This document shows positions 12,433-23,013 of a DNA stretch of 64,000 nt, piece after piece. The stretch comes from Cirrosporium novae-zelandiae (Eukaryota), in NCBI GenBank assembly GCA_026023565.1, contig JAPETS010000020.1, positions 372,001-436,000 on the forward strand. The letters are read 5' to 3'. Within the stretch, counting starts at the first letter, position 1. The number at the start of each line of letters is the position of its first letter. The translations under genes were made by a program, and so were the position numbers. The notes beneath the pieces are model-generated. The model worked only from the letters and a program-made list of their open reading frames with translations. It ran no database searches and was not told the DNA's origin.

Positions 12433-13050
12433 CATGGATAAAGGAAGGATGGATTACACGTTTGGTATAAGACTAGTGTCTAGCTAGTATAGTATAAATG
12501 AATTGAAGAGTGGAATTCGGGATCTCTATATCAATCAAGAGAATGCTTTGTTTGTTTGTTTGTTTGATTAACTATGTACTGTACTGTACTGTATATGTGT
12601 ACATATAGTTAAGATAGGGATAGGCTCTTTTGTGTATGTATATATATATATGTGTGTGTTTAGTTAGGTGGTTAGTTGATTAGTTGGGGGGAGAGGATGT
12701 TACATATCCATATGCCAATATTAGTTTCGTGGGCCCGTTGGTATTCTGTATTTGTATGGTCTGGTCTGGTCTGGTCTGGTCTGGTTTTTGTTCGCTAGAG
12801 TGGAGGTGAAGAGAGTAAAGAAAAGGAAAGTTGAATGTATGCTATTGCTCTTGCTGCTAATAATAATGATGGTAAAAAAAAAATAAGGAGGGGGTAAAGG
12901 AAAGAAAGAGAGAGAAATGGTGAAAATTAAACGGAAAGAAGAGAAAAAGAAAGGAAAGTACTCTCACCACCAAAAAAAAAAAGGAGGTGTTTTCGCTAAA
13001 AACAACAGAAAACAAACAGAAAAAGAGCCTGTTAAAAAGCAAGCCAACAC
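10740..13050. repeat. Low-complexity microsatellite-rich intergenic spacer
   Basis: Runs of (TAGG)n, (TACAG)n, (TA)n, (TACA)n, (TTTG)n, (TCTGG)n, poly-C and poly-A; no credible protein ORF. Confidence 0.85.
12299..12362 (+). repeat. 16-bp tandem repeat x4
   Basis: ttccggtagtggtgat / ttccggtagtggtggt / ctccggtagtggtggt / ctccggtagtggtggt read directly. Confidence 0.9.
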
Positions 13051-13389
13051 TTCTTACCTAACTAAACCAAGAGGGCGTGGGATATCCAGCAATTGAATAG
13101 ATATCTAGTGGTAAGATATATCTATAACCTGGGTGCGCCGTAACACTGACCTATCTGTTTATACACCATATATCAACCCCCCTTTTCTTTCTTCATTGTC
13201 TGTCACATTCACCTATCGTACTCTTGATATCTGAATATTCAAATTATCTGAAATTTTCTCTAGGTCACGAAAGATCCTTTATTGCATTATTATATACTTT
13301 CAGTTGCAATTGTTTTACGCCCCTCCTCCTCCCCCCTTTTTTCATATTTTACTTCTTCTTAGAATCCCCCCACCTTCACACAGCGAACT

Positions 13390-15156
13390 TCAGGTCCGAA
13401 TTTCCCTGAGCCATTTACTTGAAGGTTTCGGAATTATCGTCCTACCAACCACGATATCGTGAGAATGTCCATTCTTACCTTTCATCACCACTTGTAAACC
13501 CTGATAATCTACAAACCCTTTGTTAACCAGCATCAATTCCACTCCTTTAGTTTCCATAACCTTTCTATTAACCAGAGCCAACATCTCTTCCTTATCCGCA
13601 ATACCAGTCCCTACAACCATCGCCACCTCTACTGTCTGCAGAATAATACTGGCGCATCTTAATGTAGTTCCACACACCAAACATACCAAAAACTGCTTCA
13701 GCTCACGCTCAAATACATCATACGAGAATTCTAAATTTTCGAAATTTGGGACTCCATGAGGGCTAAGACCTTTAAACCGCTTTGGGGAGCAGTAGTTTTC
13801 GACGGCTGATCGAGCAAATTGATGTGCCAAGTACCGGCGTAGTAAATCTTTGTGACTTTGCATGATCCTTGAGGACACCGTGCAGGGCCCTGAGGGTGCT
13901 GCAAAAATCATGTGTCGTATTGTGTCTGCGGTGTGCTCCCAGAGCTTTACAAGTTCTGGCAGCCACTCGCGGGTGAAGGCGATGCGCTTTATATTGATGG
14001 ACTGTGCGACAGTGAAGCTGTTTGTGTGGCTAGAACCATCAAACGGGGTATCTACGAGCGATGCTTTTATGCCTAAAAAGGGATCGAAAGCTTCAGTGAT
14101 AGTAGCTGGATTTTCGAAAATCCACGGTCGATTCCTGTCCGTCATTGTTGCAGTTATCATACTACTCGGAACTTTGGGTAGGATGTAGAATCTTCGGCGC
14201 TGGCTGTGTCCTGTAAGTTGTTCAAACGCATCCGAAAGCAATTCTTGGAACGACAACTTCCTAGCAGTTGGAGGCGCTCGGTACCCCTTGATATCTGGGA
14301 ACACAGCGAGCACATAATCACGAGTCTTGGTCGTCCGGCGGCCACTTCGCCACGCCTCTCCAAACGGCGAATAATTGCTATGCGGACCATGGGCGCCCCC
14401 ATAGCTTTTAACGTCGACGTGATGCTTATAGACAAAATCAAGGTAGAACTTGAAATCAGTGTTTCCCTTCGTCGGCATCCCATGATACCCAAACTTATCA
14501 ACGATGAAAGTATCTACCGCATTTCGCCTGAGTCCAGCTTTTCCTTCTGCCATCCAGCGGGTTGCTTGCTCGCTTGAGGTTGTGAGCCGTGTACAGGATA
14601 CAGGGTTCAGGATGACAACCTGAAGCTTCATGGCGTACAGCCCTTCTTGTCGAGTCCACAATCGTTCAAACCACGGATCCATCAGTATGAGGTTGGGGCA
14701 TTTTCTCGAATGACGGAGCTCTTCTTCGTTAAAGATCTTTATATCATCAACACCTTTATCCGCAATTCTGGATGCCTTCTCAGCCCACGCCATACACACA
14801 GGAGATTCGACTAAAATCTTTACTGTTTGGCTCGATTTGTAGATTGCCGGGATGGCCATTAGTTGGTCCGAAATACTAATAGGGGGATTAGGGTTTTGAT
14901 TGATGCAGAACAGATCCATCCAGAACCAGCTAGTGCCGCATATTTCTGCTCGCCGGAGGATCGAGAGGATGTCTTTTTTGGCTGGGCTGAGTTGGACAGG
15001 TCCTATGTTATCAATGAGGACGGATTGGATCGTTGAAGGCTCCCCCCAGACGTGCGAGATAGCCGTGTAGGTTTCAGCTGTGATTTTACAGACCTTGCGT
15101 TCGATGTAAAGGGTGTTGTCGGGGCGCTCACGGATTCTGACGAGGTAGATGTCCAT
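13390..15156 (-). CDS. Heterokaryon incompatibility (HET, PF06985-type) domain protein, 588 aa, intronless
   Basis: HET motifs YTAISHVWG, WFWMDLFCINQ, MAIPAIYKSSQTVKIL, DPWFERLWTRQEG, followed by RRTTKTRDYVLAV. Confidence 0.88.
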   Translation of the reverse strand: MDIYLVRIRERPDNTLYIERKVCKITAETYTAISHVWGEPSTIQSVLIDNIGPVQLSPAKKDILSILRRAEICGTSWFWMDLFCINQNPNPPISISDQLMAIPAIYKSSQTVKILVESPVCMAWAEKASRIADKGVDDIKIFNEEELRHSRKCPNLILMDPWFERLWTRQEGLYAMKLQVVILNPVSCTRLTTSSEQATRWMAEGKAGLRRNAVDTFIVDKFGYHGMPTKGNTDFKFYLDFVYKHHVDVKSYGGAHGPHSNYSPFGEAWRSGRRTTKTRDYVLAVFPDIKGYRAPPTARKLSFQELLSDAFEQLTGHSQRRRFYILPKVPSSMITATMTDRNRPWIFENPATITEAFDPFLGIKASLVDTPFDGSSHTNSFTVAQSINIKRIAFTREWLPELVKLWEHTADTIRHMIFAAPSGPCTVSSRIMQSHKDLLRRYLAHQFARSAVENYCSPKRFKGLSPHGVPNFENLEFSYDVFERELKQFLVCLVCGTTLRCASIILQTVEVAMVVGTGIADKEEMLALVNRKVMETKGVELMLVNKGFVDYQGLQVVMKGKNGHSHDIVVGRTIIPKPSSKWLREIRT

Positions 15157-16929
15157 GGTGAGTACGGCGCGTGGAAGATGATTTGCTGCAGGATTTAGAA
15201 AATATTATGTTTGGTTTACTCAAAGTCCTTTCTCCTCCCTGATGGATGTATTTATATTGGTAGGGAATATAAATATGCGATCATGAGAGGCTTTGGGCAC
15301 GAAAGAACAGTTTCGGGGAAATAATGACGGTGGGTATAGTGCGGGGCAGTCAACCAGAATCCTGTGACTTATCGGAGGATCTGAGGATAACAACTATTGG
15401 TTAATTGATGAATTCTAGTTTCACTTCAGTCTACTCGAGTATACTGAATCATAAATGAAAAGAAGGAAGATAGATCACCGTTAAGCTTAATATTCTCTTT
15501 ACCAAATGCATAATAGCATAATATCTCGGAGTCTTATCACTGCGACCGGTGGATTGAATTGGGAATTAAATTGAATCATTTTCACCCTAAAAGTCAAGTG
15601 GGTTTGATCTCCCTCCCAATAGCCAAATGAGGATCGATTTGATTTGATTTCATTCGCTCAGCAATGGGGATGGTACAGATGGTTCATGATGATACCCAGC
15701 AATAGAACAGCTTTGACGGCTAAATTGATGCAGGAGATAGGAACCTCTAATATATTATATATATATGCCCAGCAATCCAATAAAATATGTTAAAAATGAA
15801 CACGAATTCGCCTCTACTCTTAAGCTGCATTTCTTCAATGCACCGTGTACATTGTATGCGTGGCCTCGGTTGATCGATCCTGTGACTTGAAGGAGGCTGG
15901 TAGACTCAGTACGTGGGGAGCAAGTGGTTGCAAGTGGATAAATGATTATTCTAAGTGATAACCGGTTGTGGGGTAATATATCTATACAGGCCTATAGTGC
16001 TAAACAGTGTAAATATGAAGTCTATCTTTTAACCTGTTTGCCCTTCTAACCCATGATCCGTACCAGAGGCCATCAAAAATAATAATATCAATATACATCA
16101 TGTCTTGCCGTTTCCCACTCTATATTCCTTGTAGCTCTTTCCTTTTTCTTATATTAAACCAATGACTAAATATTTGGTGAAAATGACTAATCTTTTGGTC
16201 GTTGAACGGAAGTCTAGATTCGGGCTACGTTGGATTGGATTGGGATTGATGAGAGATTGATGTGGGAAGGGGGGAAAGTGGAAGAGGGGAATTCAAAGCC
16301 TTAAACAGGCTTCTGAAAATGTAAATATAAATATCGTCTGTGGCTAAACTGTGTGTCCCATTTAGCTAATTCATTCCTTCACAACACGGCGAATTATTGA
16401 TTAAAAAGAAACCCTTCCTGTGTGTGGCGAGATGCGGACAATAAAATGAATAATCATTAACCCTTCTTGTCATCGTTCTCCACTCCCTCGACCCTGACCC
16501 CCCTTTAGGATCACTAAGCGTATTACAGTAGAGCGGGCTCGTATGCTTCATTATAGGATGGAAGGAGGTATGAAAAAAAAATCAAGAATAAAAAAGGCAA
16601 TCTTTAAAGGCAACAAGCAGAGTAGTTTTGATGAAAATATTCCTTGATTGACTTTTTAGGTAGAAAAGAAAAACAAAAGCAAAAGCAAAAGAAGAAGAAA
16701 AAGGAGCTTTATAAACATTCTTTAAGTATCCCCGGACCTCTTTTAGTAGAGGGGCCTCCGCCTAAGCCTCCTAGGCAGCCTAGTTGGTAGGTAGGCAGGT
16801 AGGAAGTAGGGTTTCAGTCCTGGTCCGCCACGATATGCTTCCATTCTCGATTGTAGTTTCTAGAGACTCTGATGATGATCAGATTAATAATAGCTTCAGC
16901 GTGTCCTGGTGAAAATACCGGTGTTGCCA

Positions 16930-18441
16930 TTAGCTTATGTGAAGGATATTGGTGGACCAAGTAGTCACAAATACTTCTGGTGGCAAAAAGCATAAAGACC
17001 GAAACATTTCGACAGTGATATAGATGCGAGCTAAGATATAGAGCAGAGTTCCCAATAATAAAACTATTGCTGCCATAATGAAACTAATTGTCGAGGCATC
17101 TGCTGGGAACCATCCGGAACGGAGCCTCGCTGATGTTGGATATCCAACCAAATAAGCAATGAACGGAAGACCAATAGACATGATACAAGAAATTCTCCAG
17201 AGTAACCGCTCCTTCGGAGTAGGAAATTTAAAGTTCCAAGTGATGCAGTGGACAGCTCCGAATAAAATAACCACGATTAAACTTTGTAGCATCGTTCTTG
17301 AAAAATCGGGTCCCGATGCTCCGCTATGGAAGCTGTCAGTTGGAATCCAACACCTTCGTTCAAGCGATAGAAAATAAGAAGGTCCTTTGATCGCTAGTTC
17401 CATCAGTTCATCCTCGTTAGGGTACCGATTCGCATTAATATATATTGGCGTTGTAACATTCTGCGGCTTATTCCAAAATATAATGTATGTAATAAAAGTG
17501 CAAACCGAAAAAGCAAGCACAACAATTTCGAGCAGCGACGAAGAAAGATTTTTGGTAATACGTACTACCAATTCCACGGAAAGCCACGTAATTTGGCTAA
17601 TAGCTAATCCTTTCACTAGAAAATCGCCTTTATTACGGTTCCTAAGTTCATCGTCCGAAATTATAGGAAGGCTTTCAATAATACCCTGTTGGAGATTATA
17701 TAGAAGCTGACTTGCATCCAGAACCCAAATATTTCCTCGAAGAGCCATCAGGATATCAAAGCAATCACCCTGGCGATGACAAAATTCGTTCCCTTGTTCT
17801 ATTCCAATAGGAAAATCCCCGTGTCTAATTCTGTATAGAGCACGATCAACTAATCTTCCATTCGTAAGGTTGATATCCCATTCGATTAATCCGATGGCCT
17901 CGGCGTCTGCGTTCTTTGCTTTCTGAAGGTATTCTTGGATTGCTGCAGATTGTGTACCATATAGGGGCAAAGTGCCTCTATCGACTATATTGAGGAGACG
18001 ATTAAAATCAAAGCAATAAGTCCAGGGCCTTGGTTACTTGCCGAGATGATTGAACCGGATGGCAAATCCTCCCATATTAGCGACAAAAATATGAGAAATA
18101 CTCCATTTGCTATCACAGTATCTATGTTTGTACTAGCAATAATGCGCTTTTGTAGAGTTCAAATCACTTAAGGCTTTCAAAATTAAAAATTCGGGAGCTA
18201 GAAGTGTAGTAATCATCCACTTGATTCTCGTTCTAAACCTCCACATTCCTCGTCTCAGTCTCTGTTTCTAGTTCTGGGGCGTTGATTGTAACGGTACGTT
18301 GAGGTGCTGTACCGTCCACGTACACAATAACAAAATACTGAGAGAATTCCATAAAGTTTCTAAAGTATCTCGGGTGTTTGGCGCAGACACATAGTTGGCA
18401 ACGTGAGATGGAATCGTACAGTTAGTGTAGAAGGTCGTCAT
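16930..18441 (-). pseudogene. Fungal multi-pass membrane protein of unknown function with two in-frame TAG stops
   Basis: One frame runs from ATG 18441 (MTTFYTNCT..RDTLETLWNSLSILLLCTWTVQHLNVP; KWMITTLLAPEF; WSISHIFVANMGGF) into ORF 16930..17970 (KGDFLVKGLAISQITW, FGAVHCITWNFKFPT, LARIYITVEMFRSL). TAG at 18268-18270 and 18133-18135. The TAA at 18034 probably lies in a 57-nt GC-AG intron. Confidence 0.75.
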
Positions 18442-19125
18442 ATTGACGCGGCTGATAAAGAGACGAAAATTGCGTGCAAATATATATTCGTTTTAGATGG
18501 CCCTAGAAATATGATTTATGTTTTTGGACAAGGTTACAACGATGAAGACTATTGTCCTGGAGGCCAAAGTCTCATGTAAGACTGCTCTCCTCGACATGGT
18601 GATTTCTAGATAGCCTTGAGCACATGATAAGCCCTCATCTTTCCACGTAGCCTTGCTTATGCCTCGAGTTTGTTGGGCTGTCCTACTCTTCGTTTATTGC
18701 CATAGGTGGGTGGTACGGCTGTGGTCGCCGGGTCAAATTCCCCAAGACAATATACAGTCAACATCTTTCATTAGTTACAATTAGCAGGCAGTGCATCTTA
18801 TAGTCTTCCAGGGTTAGCTTAAGAAACCGGGCAATATGCATATCTTTTGCATTTGGGTGGGCGTAATGTTACAATCTCCCAGACCTTCTAGGAATACATC
18901 ATATAAACAGATAGATAAAGGAAAGTTAAGACTTGTCGCTACTTGGTCCTTTTAAGCTTAAGTGCTTAGCGTCTTAGCAACTATAACGTGCTAACCCCAG
19001 AAATCTAGGCCAGTTTAAGAATTTTAAGGAGGTTAATGGAAGTAACATTTTATTTAATATGACTCTCGTTTAGCTAACATTAGTTGTATACTACGTTTAG
19101 TAGAGACTGTAATGGCTACCGCCAG

Positions 19126-19160
19126 CAAAGGGGGTAAAACCAAAGGGGGTAAAACCAAAG
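19126..19160 (+). repeat. 15-bp direct duplication in an AT-rich patch
   Basis: caaagggggtaaaac caaagggggtaaaac caaag read directly. Confidence 0.8.
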
Positions 19161-20727
19161 AATAAATTGGCCTAATAATAAGATCTTGAAACCCAATATA
19201 ATTCAATAAAAAAATTCATACCTGATTCCACCTAAAAACAATATTCGTAATCTGATCTATCATATAATCTTTACATGACGACAACCCATACTATCGGTAG
19301 TCATGCGTGGCTAGTTTAGAAAATGATATTGAGCGAAATATTCTAAAATCCTTCTGAACTGTTCCTGGAGGGGCGCACGCTTGTAGAGGTGTCATGTAAG
19401 GATTATAATAGGCGAATCATACTGAGCCTCAAGATCTTATCATTGGGCTAATTGACCCCCCAGTTTTACCCCTCCCCCCTGCAAGAGTGCGCTCTTCAGG
19501 ACAGTTCAGGGGATAGTGGAGGGATGCTCCACACGGAATTTAACTAATTTTGAGTAATTAACCCGTTAGGCAATATTTGGTATAGTGATGGGTGTGGTGA
19601 CTACCTGATATCATTAGATTGAATTTTAATCCAAGTTCATGCTTGCTTGGGATTGAGACCGTAATTAGGACATATCAGATTAGGTTCGGTTCCTTAAAGC
19701 GCTAATTACTGTAATTAATGATTGATTGATTGGTCGAGAACCATGTAAACAAATTTTTAGGAGAAGATAAATTAATTTATTTCACTCAGCCTTGCCATGA
19801 CCCACGGGTGGCGACTTCGAGATAGAATAATTACGATCTTTTTTCCCTTCTTCGGAGGGCTGCTGCTGCCTAGTCACGTAGTACAGTACAAGTACAATTA
19901 CGCGTTTGTTTGCTTTCAGAGTATATATTGCTTTGTGTAAGGATGGATGCAACAGTGGAATCAAACCCGATTGGAAAATAGATGGCATGTAGAACTAATT
20001 ATCTGATCTTTGCATAGAATATTCCGGAACATCAATATAGAATATATCCTTGACGAAAACTATACCTTGTGTAAAATGAAGGGTTTCTTTCGTGATAGAT
20101 AACTTTTAAAAAGAGTTCTTGTAAGGAATAGAATACAGAACCTTAGCATTTAACCTGTGGATAATAGTACTTTTTGGCTTGCGCCAAAACAAGTTATGGC
20201 AAATATTTTTCATATTTGCGTTTTTTTGCAAGATGGGGTAATTCTTCAGTGGTAATTTATTGCATATACCATACACCACCAGCTTGCATGCCCCTGTTTT
20301 CTTCTCTCACACGTAGCCTGCATCCTCAAGACTGCAGCTGCAGTCTTACAGCCTGCCAGGATCGCTTTTTGTGAAAGTGGTATACGGTGAGCAAGGACCT
20401 AGATCACCAGCTCAAGGTTCAAAAGTAGACCTATCAAATACTTTTCAAGGGTAGCCTACCGGGCAAACTCCGGTTTCCTAAGGAAATACGGAGAATCGCA
20501 ACATGGGTTAAATGCAGAGACATCCAACAAATAAACCTCGAAGAACTACAACAACCCAAAAAATGCTTAGGCTCGCTCAGAAGGGACTGTATGTTCGGAC
20601 ACGAAACCCTCCCGACGTTCCTTCATCGTTTCGTCCATATGCCCAACTTTCGATTGGTGAGAGTAAGCGTGACGGCGCCGAAGGTCACCACTGAAAAAAG
20701 AGCCAAAATAGACCGTGGAAAGCTTTT

Positions 20728-21876
20728 CTACGGTATTGTTAGAATAACTTGAATAAATAGGGTTGAATAAAAACCTACAGCAGTGATAATTTGAGGAATC
20801 CAATTCAAATACTTCTCTAGTCGGTGGAAATTATTATCGGCCTCTGGAAAGTTTGATGAGGGCTGACGCCCATCTTTCTGCCCCTGCTGTTGCCTCTGTA
20901 TTTTCTTCTCCGGTCTTTGTGTAGCTAGAATGCGCTGTTTGGAACAATATTTCTCACACCGCTCCCTGCATACCTTCACTTCATTTTCGCCTAGAACCTG
21001 AGGATTGACATGAGAATGGTCAGTTTCATTACAGGAAGTGCAATCGTAGATTTGCTTGGCCTCTTCGGCAAGATCAGCGACCGATTTGTAACCATCCGTC
21101 CAACATTTTCGAATTAAAAAGCCACAGAATAAATCGTTCGTAGGAGGGAACTCGCTCGCTGCCAGTCTCCGTTCGATCTCCTCATAATCATCATCATTCC
21201 AAAGGTCTAGAGGATGGAAAAGAGGGTTTCTGGTAATGATGTTATAAGCTGTCGACGCAATAGCGAACAGGTCAGTCTGCGAAGTCGCAATTTCTTCCTT
21301 TGGTTTCAAAAAGAGCGTATTGAATGCAATAAGTCCTTCCTTCATTTTAACCATACAATCAAAATCACAAAGCTTGACGTTTTCTTGATCATCAAGCAGG
21401 ATATTTCCTGGTCGTATATCACCATGGGCGAAACCCTTTTTTTCAAGCCAGGCGGCCCCTGAAGCAATTCCCTTGATCCACTGGATTTCGGTTTTCCGAC
21501 AAATGATAGGATTATCCCTTCTTTCGGGGCTCAGGCGAAGTTCTAGATTGCATTGCAACCTGTGCATAAAAATCCCTTCTGGAGCGAAGAAAAAACTCTG
21601 GATAATATGTGGATGAGGTTCTCTGTCAAGGATTTCGAAGAAGGCTTTTTCGCGGGTAATCTCTCTTCGGGATTCCTTTTCCTCTTCCCTAGCACGCCTG
21701 AGCTCTATTTCTTTTCGGGGGTCCTTATCATCCATTTCGACTGTGTAGGCTTTGGGGGATTTGAGGGCAATAGAGCTATCAACTGTGTGAACTATGCCAC
21801 TAGCACCCATAGAGATGAGGGAGTCGCAGGATAAGGAGGGGAAAGGCTCAACGACATATCGGTGGAACGTAGCCAT
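20728..21876 (-). CDS. Atypical protein kinase-like protein with C-terminal hydrophobic tail
   Basis: GASGIV Gly-loop, IALK, HPHII, HGDIRPGNILL catalytic loop, VKLCDFD (DFG variant), TDLFAIAS. Ends IPQIITAVGFYSTLFIQVILTIP. First ATG at 21876. Confidence 0.82.
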   Translation of the reverse strand: MATFHRYVVEPFPSLSCDSLISMGASGIVHTVDSSIALKSPKAYTVEMDDKDPRKEIELRRAREEEKESRREITREKAFFEILDREPHPHIIQSFFFAPEGIFMHRLQCNLELRLSPERRDNPIICRKTEIQWIKGIASGAAWLEKKGFAHGDIRPGNILLDDQENVKLCDFDCMVKMKEGLIAFNTLFLKPKEEIATSQTDLFAIASTAYNIITRNPLFHPLDLWNDDDYEEIERRLAASEFPPTNDLFCGFLIRKCWTDGYKSVADLAEEAKQIYDCTSCNETDHSHVNPQVLGENEVKVCRERCEKYCSKQRILATQRPEKKIQRQQQGQKDGRQPSSNFPEADNNFHRLEKYLNWIPQIITAVGFYSTLFIQVILTIP

Positions 21877-22122
21877 CAAGAAAAATATGCCCAGAGTGTT
21901 GGTTAAGAACAGATAAAAATAAAGATTAAAGGTAAAGTGGAGAAGGTTGTAAATAGTATAGGATCAATTCGGTTGTACCTGCGATGAAGTCTAAGTACTA
22001 TAGGTACTAGAAGGCAGTAGAGTTCTAGAAGTAAAGCTGAATGAACCACAAGAAATTGAACGAATTAAGCGCCAAGTCTTAGTTCCCGTTGCTAAGGTAC
22101 TGTCCATGTACAGATCCCTCGC

Positions 22123-22347
22123 TTAGCTTCTCCCCCGTTTACCATCTTTTTTGTTAATCCATTCTCTGTTCGTCTTACATTCACCACAAGGCATTCTCTT
22201 CGTCGACATTCCAAGATATACTTGAGTTATATTGGCGCATGCCTGGCCCGATTTTTTGGCATCTTCGCACCTAATCAGATCACCAGGAGGGTCGTCGATA
22301 CGATGACCACATGCCATTTTAACTGGGGCAACCCTCTGCTCACACAT
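22123..22347 (-). CDS. Small Cys-rich protein (MC..CGH..C..C..CxxC type), putative zinc-binding
   Basis: 74-aa ATG-initiated ORF MCEQ...CGH...C...C...CGEC. TATA-like TATATATA near 22590 and an intron-like segment upstream on the same strand. Confidence 0.55.
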   Translation of the reverse strand: MCEQRVAPVKMACGHRIDDPPGDLIRCEDAKKSGQACANITQVYLGMSTKRMPCGECKTNREWINKKDGKRGRS

Positions 22348-23013
22348 CCTGATTTCCTTTCCTGGGAGGCAAGTGTGTAGATGCGTTGTGCGACAGGGTT
22401 GGGAGAGCAGTTGCTGTCGAGGATATTTGCGATCTGATGATATTTAAGATAGGTAAGTCACTGATACATTGGCTTGAAACTAGACGTACGTACGGATGAC
22501 TAGTTGCGGTTGAATGAAGATGGCAATGGAGAGGGAACCGTATCGACACGATGGCAAGTGTTGTGGATGCTCTGGAGTCCCATGGCTATATATACGATGA
22601 AAATCACTGGGCTCCCCACTGCTGCCACTGCTGCCTGGATAAGGGAAATGCAGCACGGTAACTTGCAGATGCGCCTACCTCAAAAGATCTGTGGTTCATG
22701 AGACGCTGAATTCATCCCATGCAAAACTGTTTCGGTTGTTCCTACGATGCGATATTTACAGCTCATGTTAGATATATAGCTACCTACCTCTCTCTAACTC
22801 CTAGACTGTAATAAATGGTAGTTGCAGATCTGTAAAGAAGAGAAGTACTTACTCTTAGGTACCTAAAGACAATGAGATTAGAATACTCGAGTACTCCTCA
22901 TTACACGGTTGCACAAGTAAGGTTAAATGTAAGCGTAGCAAGAAAAGTGGAGTAGTAAGGCTACTACCCCGCCTTTTGAAAACTGGTGACTTGGCGCCGT
23001 TCATCTAGATCTG

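Noticed and set aside
18034..18036. Third premature stop (TAA) in the membrane-protein gene
   Set aside because: Falls inside a plausible 57-nt in-frame GC-AG intron (GCAAGT...AATATAG), so it is not counted.
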